Notes: generated by a model from the sequence alone, not told the origin. Positions 33,522 through 43,631 are shown, counted from the first letter of the stretch. The stretch: DNA of 64,000 nucleotides from an uncultured Acidobacteriaceae bacterium (GCA_963779385.1 CAVZYE010000008.1:14828-78827); one strand, 5' to 3'. Numbers and translations: made by a program.

Positions 33522-34040
33522 TTACATGGCTGCTACAAAATCGGGAACGACGAAGGCTGCGTTCTCCTGCAGCAACTGGGTCATGCGGGCTGCCATGCCG
33601 GTATACATTTGAGCGGCACGGTAGGCATTCACTCGGACGCCTTCGCTGGCCTGCGAGAAAGCGTATTGGCCCAGCGCCATGAGAACGCAGAGACGAATCT
33701 GCATGGCGTCGCTGCGCAGGGTTTCAAGCAACAAGCGATCAACATCCTTGCAGTGCCTGGTGGCAAAGTCTGCCATCTCCAGCATCACCTTGGCATTTTG
33801 GAACATTACCCACAGGCCTTTGGGGCCATCCATGCGCTGCCATGCGTCTTCAGGGGTTGCGCTCAATCCTTCTTTCCAAAGGAAATGATCGCTCAACTCG
33901 TGAGCGCTCCAGTCGGGGCGCAGCCGGAGCAAGAGTGAATCCCATGTTTGTGCGTTGCGACGTCTTACTCCATTGCGCCACTTAACGAAGTAGAACGCAA
34001 CGCCTGCAATCGCCGCGAATTGTAGCAGGTACAAAAACAT
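33522..34040 (-). CDS. Hypothetical protein with single N-terminal TM anchor and helical cytoplasmic domain
   Basis: MFLYLLQFAAIAGVAFYFV then basic KWRNGVRRR; RBS AAGGA. Confidence 0.75.
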   Translation of the reverse strand: MFLYLLQFAAIAGVAFYFVKWRNGVRRRNAQTWDSLLLRLRPDWSAHELSDHFLWKEGLSATPEDAWQRMDGPKGLWVMFQNAKVMLEMADFATRHCKDVDRLLLETLRSDAMQIRLCVLMALGQYAFSQASEGVRVNAYRAAQMYTGMAARMTQLLQENAAFVVPDFVAAM

Positions 34041-34140
34041 AGGTAGTCCTTGTACAGGCATCCAACGACAAGCGCCTTACAGAAGCTTGAACGTAGTTTT
34101 GCCGTACGTTCAACTTGTAACAGAATATTGCTGAGATGTG

Positions 34141-34177
34141 TGAGGAAAAGTGGAGAAAATACCACTTTAGTTGTAGA
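34141..34177 (-). promoter_or_regulatory. Shared motif copy 1 (TCTACAACTAAAGTGG...CTTTTCCTCA on minus strand)
   Basis: First 16 nt match 36340-36355 at 15/16 positions. Confidence 0.55.
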
Positions 34178-34320
34178 ACAAAAGGGCATTATGGAACGCG
34201 TACAAAAGTAACGAGTCGAATTGTCCGGATGCTTGCCAACAACATCAGACTAGAGAATGCGTGTCGGCCTGCTCGCGCAGTTGGCGGTTGCGGGCTCCGG
34301 CATAAGCAACGCGAATGAGC

Positions 34321-35043
34321 TTAGCGGCTTCGATTTCTATCCATCGCAAACGATGCATTCGTAAAGAGTAAAGTTCGTGATTCCGGCACTCTGGGAGCAA
34401 ATGAATAAATCCAATAGAGGAGCGAACAAATGTAGCTTGCATTCACAGTCAGGTCCAGCAAGTGATACATGGGTCCTACCGTCTGATGGGCATGCAAAAT
34501 GGAAACGGTCAAGGCGACAATGGAGTAAAAGCCGAAACCGGTGATGATGCAGAGTTCACGGCCAGGCCAGCGCGGGCCTAGCAAAGTGCTCCACAAGACA
34601 AGCGCCAGGACGAATCCGGCTCGCAGAATTGAGTAGGCTTGCATATGGGCAAGGATTTTTCCCATGATCGTGCAGTATGCCGGCTCCGTCCATGCGGCCG
34701 TTTGCCAGATTACGACAGCGGCAATCGGGAACAGCAGAGCAAGAAAAAGCGGCCCCGGTGATCTGGCACGATTGTGACGCCGGACGGATCTGGCCAGTTC
34801 CGTCAGGATTCTGAACTGATAGATTGCGTCGATCGTCAATTGAATCAGATAAAGCAACAGATACTTCTGAGGCCCGAGGAACAACACGATTCCGCCAGCG
34901 AGATCAATGCAGACATTCCAACCCATATAGAGGGTGAAGACCGGAAGCGTCCGATAGATGCGCTGGCGAGCAAGCATGGAGAGAAGAGCTGTCTACATGA
35001 GGAAGCAGGCCAGGAAAATTATGTGGTCCGTGCTGTCCAGCAT
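34321..35043 (-). pseudogene. ~7-TM membrane protein, paralog 2, with in-frame TAG at codon 17
   Basis: ATG at 35043 overlaps the upstream TGA; MLDSTDHIIFLACFLM*TALLSMLARQR...; aligns with 35043-35834. Confidence 0.65.
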
Positions 35044-35834
35044 CAAAGTTCCCGCGATTTACTCGATTTGGCGGCAATAGAGTCCGTCAGTCCTACGCGA
35101 GTGGATCTTGCAGCTCCGGCGACAGCCAGGAGGAGATTCTGCATTTGGGGAGTGAATTCTCGACGCACGGCCTCTTTCTGCGCGAAACTGTAAACCCAAT
35201 ACATCAAGGAGCAGACGTAGCTGGCCACTACGACCTGGTTCAGGTGAGCGTACAGCGACCACGCAGCGAGGTGTGTATGCAACATCGCCACGCCAAGGCT
35301 GACAAGGGAAAAGAAGCCAAGCCCGGTGGCCACTTGCAACTCGCGATCTCGCCAGCCGATCGAAAGCAACTGGCCGCATCCAACCAGCAACAGGAAGAAT
35401 AAAACTTGAAGAATCGAGACAGTTTGCTGTAACCGCATCAGAAGATGCCACTCTGGCGGTAGATAGCTGAACCCTGGGATGACTGCAAAGGGCCAAATTA
35501 CTGCGCCAAGCACCATGACCAATCCCGCAACCATCGCCAAAAAGCCACGCGGCAGAGAGGCCCGGAACGGCCGGAACACGGACCAGGCCAGCTCGATCAG
35601 CACCCCGAATACCAGGCCCGAATCCACAATCATAGCGGTTAAATATGCCGTGAGATAACGGGCCGGAAAGAAGCGGAGGATTACATACGACAACACGGCG
35701 GTGCTGAAGAGATCCCAGGCACAGTACGCACATAATAGCGGTAGGCTTCTCCAGACGCGCCGATAGAGGAGCAGCCCAACAACTGCTGCCTCGGTCACAA
35801 CATAAGCAAGCGAAAGTGCGTTGTCCAGACTCAT
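35043..35834 (-). CDS. ~7-TM membrane protein, paralog 1 (putative peptide receptor or processing factor)
   Basis: About seven hydrophobic segments; R.LP, EL..SV, W..REL...TG.GF, SY.CSL.YW..SFA shared with paralog 2. Confidence 0.8.
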   Translation of the reverse strand: MSLDNALSLAYVVTEAAVVGLLLYRRVWRSLPLLCAYCAWDLFSTAVLSYVILRFFPARYLTAYLTAMIVDSGLVFGVLIELAWSVFRPFRASLPRGFLAMVAGLVMVLGAVIWPFAVIPGFSYLPPEWHLLMRLQQTVSILQVLFFLLLVGCGQLLSIGWRDRELQVATGLGFFSLVSLGVAMLHTHLAAWSLYAHLNQVVVASYVCSLMYWVYSFAQKEAVRREFTPQMQNLLLAVAGAARSTRVGLTDSIAAKSSKSREL

Positions 35835-35911
35835 CGCCGGGATTGCGTACACACAGAACTAAGAGCTGAGTTGAGTGTAGCAGTCAATCCAGCCCGCCAG
35901 ACGGCGACGGA

Positions 35912-36280
35912 TTATATGGCCATGCTTGGCGGCGGAGGCGGCGTTGGGAATGGGCTGCCAGGATATGCGCTGGCGACAACCATGCTCGGCGGCGGTGGCG
36001 GCGTCGGGAATGGGCTGCCAGGATATGCGCTGGCTGCAACCATGCTCGGCGGCGGAGGCGGCGTCGGGAATGGGCTGCCAGGATATGCGCTGGCTACAAC
36101 CATGCTTGGCGGCGGTGGCGGCGTCGGGAATGGGCTGCCAGGATATGCGCTGGCGACAACCATGCTTGGCGGCGGTGGCGGCGTCGGGAATGGGCTGCCA
36201 GGATATGTGCTGGCGATAACAAAGCTAGAACATGCAATAAAAACGGCAATAACAGCAACTAAACGAACTCTCGCGTTCAT
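35912..36280 (-). CDS. Secreted precursor with five tandem 20-aa Pro-rich peptide repeats
   Basis: RBS AGGAG; signal peptide MNARVRLVAVIAVFIACSSFVIA; 5x S(A/T)YPGSPFPTPPPPPSM. Confidence 0.8.
   Translation of the reverse strand: MNARVRLVAVIAVFIACSSFVIASTYPGSPFPTPPPPPSMVVASAYPGSPFPTPPPPPSMVVASAYPGSPFPTPPPPPSMVAASAYPGSPFPTPPPPPSMVVASAYPGSPFPTPPPPPSMAI
35921..36220. repeat. 60-bp tandem repeat x5 (coding)
   Basis: Exact 60-nt period visible; differences mostly at wobble positions. Confidence 0.95.
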
Positions 36281-36339
36281 GACGTACTTCTCCTGTCTGG
36301 AACAGCTACGGATAAGCCTAACCCTAAAGGTGTAAATGG

Positions 36340-36375
36340 TCTACAACAAAAGTGGCAGTTTTCGCCTTTTCTTCA
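36340..36375 (+). promoter_or_regulatory. Shared motif copy 2 (TCTACAACAAAAGTGG...CTTTTCTTCA)
   Basis: Lies in the divergent promoter region between the peptide gene and PilZ-RR. Confidence 0.55.
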
Positions 36376-36677
36376 TTATTTTTTAGGAACTGCAAATTTT
36401 TATCCTTTGGAACCCGGCTCGACAACTCTCAACCCCACCGGGCAGGATGAGGCAGTGCGCTTCAAAATCAGCATAAGATTATTTAAATGAGCAATATAAG
36501 CGAATGGAGGAGAGAAATTTAGCGGTTCGAGCGGTATTCCAGGCTGCAGCACGGTACGACCGTTCAATTTCTTAAAACTTTAGTGCCGCTGCCGGGGTGG
36601 GAAATTTGGTTGGTGGAAGCGAAATTTGATTAAAGTGACTTAAAGGATCCAATTTTGGTACGTGGGGGGTCCCGCTC

Positions 36678-37041
36678 ATGAACGAATTGAAGCCTGGACC
36701 AACGCCGCCGACTGCTCTGCACGAGCCCGTTGCCTCTCAACAGGAAGTGCGTTGCGCGGTGCGTTTTCCGCTGGCGCTGCCGGTGGTGCTGTCGACCGGC
36801 AACGGAGAGATTGCCGCGCTGACCCGGAATGTCTCCGCCAGCGGCGTGCTTTTTGAGCTGGACAGCCCGGTTGGAAGTGGGGCTGGAGATTCGATTTTCC
36901 CTGCGCATGCCGGGTGCGGTTCTGGGTACTCCCCACGATGTTCTGGTTCATTGCCAGGGACGTGTGGTACGCTGCTCAAAGAGCCAAAGTAACTATCTGG
37001 CTGCCGCCACGATCGACGAGTATCAATTCGCCGAGCAGTGA
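36678..37041 (+). CDS. PilZ-domain protein (frameshift near 36872)
   Basis: RCAVR (RxxxR) and NVSASG ([D/N]xSxxG); GRVVR. Confidence 0.85.
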
Positions 37042-37072
37042 CGGCGCTGGAGTAGGCCTGGCAAGCACCTCT

Positions 37073-37831
37073 ATGGACGGATTTCTTGGACGATTCGTCC
37101 GAAGGCGAGATCCTTGACGCTACCGGTCAAGCCGGGGACGATCCGCATTATTCTTGCGGATTCGCAGGCGATTTACCGCGTCGGCATTCGCAAGGTTTTC
37201 GCGCTGGAAGACGATCTGCGCGTCGTGGCCCAGGCCGATTCACTGGAGAATCTGCGCGCGGCCATCGAGCGCTATCCCACCGACATCGTTCTGCTGGAGG
37301 GCAGCCTGCTGGCCGGCACGGCCAACGTCATTCCCGACCTGCTGCGCGCATCGCCCCCGACGTGAAGCTGATTGTGCAGGCCGTGGCGGCCGACGAGAAC
37401 CACACCGTGGAGCTCTACCGGCGCGGCGTGCGCGGCATCATCTCGCCGCTCCATCTCGCCCGACCTGCTGGTGCGCTGCGTGCGCCGCATCGCCGCCGGC
37501 GAAACCTGGATCGACAACCAGTCGGTGAACTGGGTGATCGAGGCCTATCGCGCCCAGGCCGCCGCGCTGGTGAGCCCGCGCACCCAGCCCCGGCTCTCGC
37601 CCAAGGAGATGGCCATCATCACCTGCATCACCCAGGGCAAGCGCAACAAGGAGATCGCCTTCCAGCTGGGAACCACCGAGCAGGTGATCAAGAATTATCT
37701 GCGCAAGATCTACGACAAGCTGGGCGTCAGCGACCGGCTTGAGCTGGCTCTCTATTGCCTGCACAACAAGATCATTCAGACCGATGCGGATGAAGTACTG
37801 GTGGCGCAAGAAGCTGGTTGCCGAGGAGTAG
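37073..37831 (+). CDS. NarL/LuxR-family response regulator with atypical receiver (frameshifted)
   Basis: IRIILADSQAIYRVG; DIVLLEG; HTH LSPKE...G.RNKEIA..LGTTEQVIKNYLRKIYDKLGVSDR. Confidence 0.88.
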
Positions 37832-37864
37832 GAAGGGCGCTTCATCGAGATACTATTTCAGAGC

Positions 37865-37888
37865 GAGGGCGGCTGAAGCCGCCCTCGT
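37865..37888. terminator. Hairpin between convergent genes
   Basis: CGAGGGCGGC-TGAA-GCCGCCCTCG. Confidence 0.65.
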
Positions 37889-37900
37889 TTATTGGTGCCG

Positions 37901-38504
37901 ACTACTGCTTTCGACGATTTCCAGCTCGATGGTGAGATCGACGTCGTCGCCAATCATGGCCGCGGGAACGCCGGTTCAGGTGACCGAAGGCATTTCGGCG
38001 ATGGTGGTAGCAGCTCGATAACCGGAGTCGAGCCTCGCGGTCCTTCAATGCCTAGACCGGCGTGCTGGGGCCTTCCAATCGAGGCGACGCGGCGTCGTGA
38101 CCGGTGCACGGTCAAATCGCCTGAGACGGATCAGCTTGCTGCCGTTCTTTAGCCACGCCAGGTGCCGGTAAGGTGGCGGTGGCGGAATTTGGCGACTTCA
38201 AATATTTCTCGCTGGCTAGGTCAGCCATCGCGGGCGGCGACGCCGGTGTTTACGGTATGACATCGATGGTGGCCTTGACCGTGGACCTGGTGACGTCGGC
38301 CTCGTCGTAGACGAGGGTGGCATTCACGTTGCCAAAGCGACCATGGACGTTGGAGACTGCAAAATGCCGAATGGAGAAGTCCACCTCGCTGTGGTTCGGA
38401 TCGGACGATTCCAGGTGGAAGATTGCGCCAGGGCCAAGGTGCGCCGCGAACGCCAATATGCTAGCTATCAGAGACAAACGCATCACGAGAGAAATTCCTT
38501 TCAA
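37901..38504 (-). CDS. YceI-family protein (badly error-ridden or degraded)
   Basis: DPNHSEVDFSIRH.AVSNVHGRFG, V.ATID; remainder only partly readable. Confidence 0.75.
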
Positions 38505-38677
38505 TACCTGGACCGCTGGGTCTGCTGTTGGTTAGGGGGAGAGCCGAACTCTGAGCAAATGCGCGGGAACGGGGAAAGCTGGATCACTTCACACTGAATC
38601 CTGTTTTCTGGATGCCGCTAAGCACTTGCTCGTTGCGGTAAAAAGTCTTCGATATCCGGTCTGGTATTCTGCCGCCT

Positions 38678-39926
38678 ATGTCTGTACTTGCACCCTTTCA
38701 ACAACTGACCGGCCCGCAGCGGCATACTTTTGTGGCTGCTTTTCTGGGCTGGACGATGGATCGCTGGATTTTTTCCTGCTGATCTTCTGCGTGAAGGCGA
38801 TTGCAGGGGAGTTTCACACCGAAGCCTTCGGCGGTGTTGGGAGCGGTGTTCATGACCCAGGCCTTCCGGCCGGTGGGCGCGGTGCTGTTTGGAATGCTGG
38901 CCGATCGCTATGGGCGGCGGCCGGTGCTGATGGTAAATATTCTGAGCTTTTCAGTGATTGAGCTGGCCTGCGCCTTTGCGCCTTCGCTGACGGTGCTGCT
39001 GGTGCTGCGGGCGCTGTTTGGGATTGCCATGGGCGGGGAGTGGGGCGTGGGCGCGGCGCTGGCCTTTGAGACGCTGCCGAAGGAGGGGCGCGGACGCTTT
39101 CCGGCATTCTGCAGGAGGGTTACGCGATGGGGTCGATTCTGGCCTCGGCGGCGTTTGCAATTTTCTTTCATTGGATCGGCTGGCGGGGGCTGTTCATTCT
39201 GGGCGCGGCGCCGGCTCTGCTGGTGTTTTATGTGCAGGCGCGGGTGGACGAGTCGCCGGTGTGGCTGGAGGGGGCAAAGAAGAGACGGCGAGCGGGCAGG
39301 CGAGAGCTGCTGGCAGGCGAGGCTGGGACGTGGGCGCGGCTTGCTGGCTTTTCTGCCTACGTTTCTATTTCTGGTGCTGCTGATGACGGCATTCATGAGC
39401 TTCTCGCATGGGACGCAGGACGTGTATCCGACGTTTCTTGCGGTTGACGCGAAGCTTTCGCCGGAGACGGTCGGGACTGATCGGCGTGCTGTATGGGTTG
39501 GGTCGATTGCGGGCGGGTTTGTGTTTGGGGCGCTCTCGGAAAGATGGGGGCGCAAGCGGGCGATTGTGACCGCGGCGCTGCTGGCGATTCCGGTGATTCC
39601 GCTGTATGCGTATGGGCATTCGGCGTGGACGCTGGGCGTCGGGCGCGGTGCTGATGCAGTTCATGGTGCAGGGAGCGTGGGGCGTGGTGCCGGCCTATCT
39701 GACTGAGCTGTCGCCGGCGCCGGTGCGGGCTACTGCGCCGGGGCTTGCTTACCAGTTGGGCGGGCTGGTTACCTCGTGGAACGGCAAGGGGCAGGCGCTG
39801 GCGGCGGAGCGCTGGGGGAATTATCCGGCGGTGCTGGCGGTTACCGTGATGGTGGTGGCGCTGGCGCTGGCGGGGTTGGCGATGCTGGGACGCGAGGCAA
39901 AGGGGAGAGAGATGACGGTGGCGTGA
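38678..39926 (+). CDS. MFS transporter, SHS family (NanT/Jen1-like), frameshifted
   Basis: FLGWTMD..DFF, FG.LADRYGRR, GIAMGGEWG, SHGTQD.YPTFL, QGAWGVVPA.L.EL. Confidence 0.88.
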
Positions 39927-40028
39927 GAAGGAACGTGATTGCTCCCGACGCTGCGGAGATGCGCTGTCAATAATGCTCGCTGCCTTTGCGTATCTATTCT
40001 TTCTCGTGCGACTTAGAATTGAGATCGC

Positions 40029-41050
40029 ATGAATCCTGATCTCAGCCAGAATGTCGCGATTGTTGCCATTGGGCGCAATGAGGGCGAGCGGCTGAAGAGC
40101 TGTCTGCGCGCGGTCGACTGGCGGCGCGACGGACGGTGGTCTACGTCGATTCGGGCTCTGACGGACGGGAGCGCGGAGTATGCGCGGTCGGTGGGCTGCC
40201 GCGTGGTGGAGCTTGATGCGGCGCTGCCTTTCACGGCGGCGCGGGCGCGGAACGAGGGCTTTGCCTGCGTGATGGAAGCACGAGCCGGATGTGGCCTTTG
40301 TTCAGTTTGTGGATGGCGACTGCGAACTGGTGGAGGGCTGGCTGGAGCGAGGAGCGGCGGCGCTCGATGCGCGGCACGATGTGGGCATTGTCTGCGGGCA
40401 TGTGCGCGAGATTCATCCCGAGGCGAGCGTCTATAACAGGCTGTGCGACCTGGAATGGCGAGCAGACGCCGGGGGAGATTCGGACGCTCCGGCGGGAGAT
40501 TCATGATCCGGCGCGAGGTTTTCAGCGCGGCGGGCGGCTTCCGGCCTGATGTGATCGCGGCCGAGGACGATGAGTTCTGCATACGCGTGCGGCGGCTGGG
40601 CTGGAAGATTCTGATGCTGGATGCGCCGATGGCGCGCCACGATGTGGCCATGACGCGATTCAGCCAGTGGTGGCGCAGAAGCAGGCGCACGGGGCATGCG
40701 TATGCGCAGGTTGCGGCGCTGCACGGCAAGGGCGAAGAGCGGTATTTTGTGCGCGATTGCCGGCGGGTCTGGTTCTGGGGACTGGTGCTGCCGGTGATTG
40801 CGCTGGTGCTGGCGCCTTTTACGCGTGGGTGGTCGCTGTTTGCTGCTGGGCGCTTATGCGCTGCAGTTTGTCCGCATTTATTTTCGCGGGAGAAAGCGCG
40901 GCTGGGCTAGCGGGGATGCGATTGTCTATGCATGGTTCACGGTGATTGCCAAGTTTCCGGCGCTGCGAGGGAATGCTTGAGTACCATTGGCGGCAGATGC
41001 GCGGCCAGGCGACGACGATTATCGAATACAAGAGGGAGATGCTGAAACGA
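40029..41050 (+). CDS. Glycosyltransferase family 2 (frameshifted; end approximate)
   Basis: IGRNEGERL..CL, FTAARARN.G, VQFVDGDC, AEDDE.C.R, W.R..R.GHAY. Confidence 0.85.
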
Positions 41051-41051
41051 G

Positions 41052-43243
41052 ATGACACGGACCGTCGAGCAACGAGCGACGACCAGAGCAGACGGGAATC
41101 CGGATTCCTGGAGTGCGGGAAGCGCCGGGCTAAGCGCCGCGTGGGCTTGTGGGCGCGGGGTATATTGCCGACTGGCACGCGCAGGGGCTTCGCTCGGTGG
41201 CAGAACGTGGAACTGGTTGCGGTGTGCGATCAGGCGCTGGCGCGGGCGCAGGCGCTGGCTGGGAAGTTTGGCGTGGCGCAGGCTTATGGTTCGCTGGAAG
41301 CGATGCTGGCCGCGGAAAAGCTTGACGCGGTGCACGTCCTGTTGCCTCCCGACCGTCATTTTGCGGCGGCGCGCACGGCGCTTGAGGCCGGCGTGAACGT
41401 GTTTCTGGAAAAGCCGATGTGCGATCGCGCCGCCGATTGCGAGGCGTTGGTGCGGCTGGCCGCGGAGCGGGGAGTGCGGCTGGGCGTGGGACACAATTTT
41501 CTCTTTTCCGAGCCTTACGAGCAATTGCGGCGCGATCTGCGCAGCGGAGTGCTGGGACGGATCGACGATGTGATGATCACCTGGCACAGGCTTTGCCGCA
41601 GGCGGTGCATGGGCCGTTCGATACCTGGATGCTGCGCGATCCGCGCAATATTTTGATCGAAACCGGGTCGCATTTAGTGGCGCACATGCTGGACCTGGTG
41701 GGCGAGCCGGAAGAGATGGAGGCGCAGCGCGTCGAATCCCATCGAGCTGCCTACGGGGCGGAAGTTTTATCGCCGCTGGCAGGTGAATGCCTGCAAGGGC
41801 AAAACGGCGGTGGAGCTGCGCTTCTCGTTTGTTCCGGGGTTTGCCGAATATACGATTCATGTGCGCGGTTCGCTGGCCGCGGCGACGGTGGATTTTGAGC
41901 GCAATACCTATACGCTCGACGAGCATCGGCCCTGCGATCCGGACTTTGAGAGTTACGCAATGATTGTGAGCCGGGCGAAAAGCCTGAAGCGGCAGGCTCG
42001 GCGGAACTTGTGGAAGTATGTGCTCTCGAAGATGCATCTTTGCGCGCGGGGCAGTCCCTACGGCGCGAGCATTGCACGGGCCATGGATGCCTTTTACGGT
42101 CCTCTGAATCTTGACGAGCGAGTGGATGGGCGCACCGGGGCGAAGGTGATTCGGATTTGCGAGAAGCTTGGAGAACTGGCGAATCTTCCGGCGGAAGAAT
42201 TGGTTGAGTGGACGGCGCCGACGGTGGTTCAGACGGCTGCGGCTCCGCACATTCTTGTGCTGGGCGGCACGGGATTTATCGGCAAGGAACTGGTGCGGCA
42301 GTTGATCGCTTCAGGCCACACGGTGCGGCTGTTGGTTCGGAGCGCGCCGGGATTCCGGAGGAACTGCGGAAGTCAGGAAGCTGGACTGCCGGATTGGGGA
42401 TTTGGCAAACGGCCAGGATTTGCTGCGGGCCATGGAGGGGGTGGAGTGCGTCTTCCACCTGGCGCGGGCCAACGTGAAGAGCTGGGCGGACTACGGCGTT
42501 GGAGATTGAGGCGACGCGGCGAGTGGGCGAGTGCGCGCTGGAAGCGGGAGTGAAGCGGCTGATCTATACGGGGACGATCGACTCCTACTATGCGGGCGGG
42601 CGGGCGGGCACGATTACCGAAGCGACGCCGCTCGACCCGCAGATCGAGCGGAGGAATCTTGTATGCGCGGGCCAAGGCGGCTTCAGAAGAGATCCTGATG
42701 CGGATGCATCGGGAGCAGGGATTGCCGGTGGTGATTGTGCGGCCGGGAGTGGTGATCGGACGCGGCGGGAGCCCGTTCCACTGGGGGGTGGGCATGTGGT
42801 GGAACGACTCGGTGTGCCAGATGTGGGGGACGGGAAAGAACAAGCTGGCGCTGGTGCTGGTGGAAGACGTGGCCCGAGGCTTGATTGCTGCGATGGAGAA
42901 GCCGGGGATTGAAGGCAGGTCGTTCAACCTGGTGGGCGAGCCGTGCCTGAGCGCCGAGGAGTATCTGGACGAGCTGGATCGCGCGGGCGGGATAAAGATT
43001 CAGCGGCAGGCCACGCCGATTTTGCGGTTCTATCTGGGGGACATGGTGAAGTGGGTGGTGAAGGTTGCGGTCGGTCACAAGGAGCGGCGGTTTCCGTCCT
43101 ATCGCGATTGGGAAGGCCGCACGCAAGGGGCGGTTTTCGATTGCACCGCGGCCAGGACTACATTGGGCTGGGAGCCGGTGCGCTCGCGGGACGAACTGGT
43201 GCGGCGGGGGATTAAGGAGCCGCTAAAGGAATATATGAAGTAG
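41052..43243 (+). CDS. Gfo/Idh/MocA oxidoreductase fused to NAD-dependent epimerase/dehydratase (frameshifted)
   Basis: VHVLLPP..H, VFLEKP, GHNFLF; then VLGGTGFIG, YARAK, VRPG.VIG. Confidence 0.8.
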
Positions 43244-43263
43244 AGCCGATGCGCGCGCGATGC

Positions 43264-43419
43264 TCACATCCAGCCGACTAATAGCAGGCCGACAACAACC
43301 GCGAGGATGATTCCAATTCCCCCGCTTGGGTAATAGCCCCACCGTTTGCTGTACGGCCATGTGGGTACGGCGCCGGTAAGTGCGAGGATCAACAACAGGA
43401 TCAGAAAGATTCCAAGCAT
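43264..43419 (-). CDS. DUF3309-family small membrane protein (51 aa)
   Basis: Manual translation MLGIFLILLLILALTGAVPTWPYSKRWGYYPSGGIGIILAVVVGLLLVGWM. Confidence 0.85.
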   Translation of the reverse strand: MLGIFLILLLILALTGAVPTWPYSKRWGYYPSGGIGIILAVVVGLLLVGWM

Positions 43420-43631
43420 GATTCACTCCCAACGTTGATGCGCTGCTGCTCCCGCATTGCAAATGCCCGAATGCGGCGACTAGATGAGTTTCTCAACGTT
43501 GTGGGCGTACCGTCTGTATAAATTAATACAGGATCGATTGGCTCTCGAGGCGCCGAGTCGATGCATCAATTTGCATTCTTGTCCCCCCGGCTGCGATTAT
43601 CGGGGCGAAGTAATTATTGGGAGCTCTCAGC

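Noticed and set aside
35921-36220. 60-bp repeats as a CRISPR array
   Set aside because: No unique spacers; period is a multiple of 3 within an ORF; no cas genes.
35871-36335. Plus-strand Gly-rich ORF (MLGGGGGVGNGLPGY repeats)
   Set aside because: Antisense shadow sharing wobble positions, so synonymous changes cannot discriminate. The minus ORF has the RBS, signal peptide and operon context.
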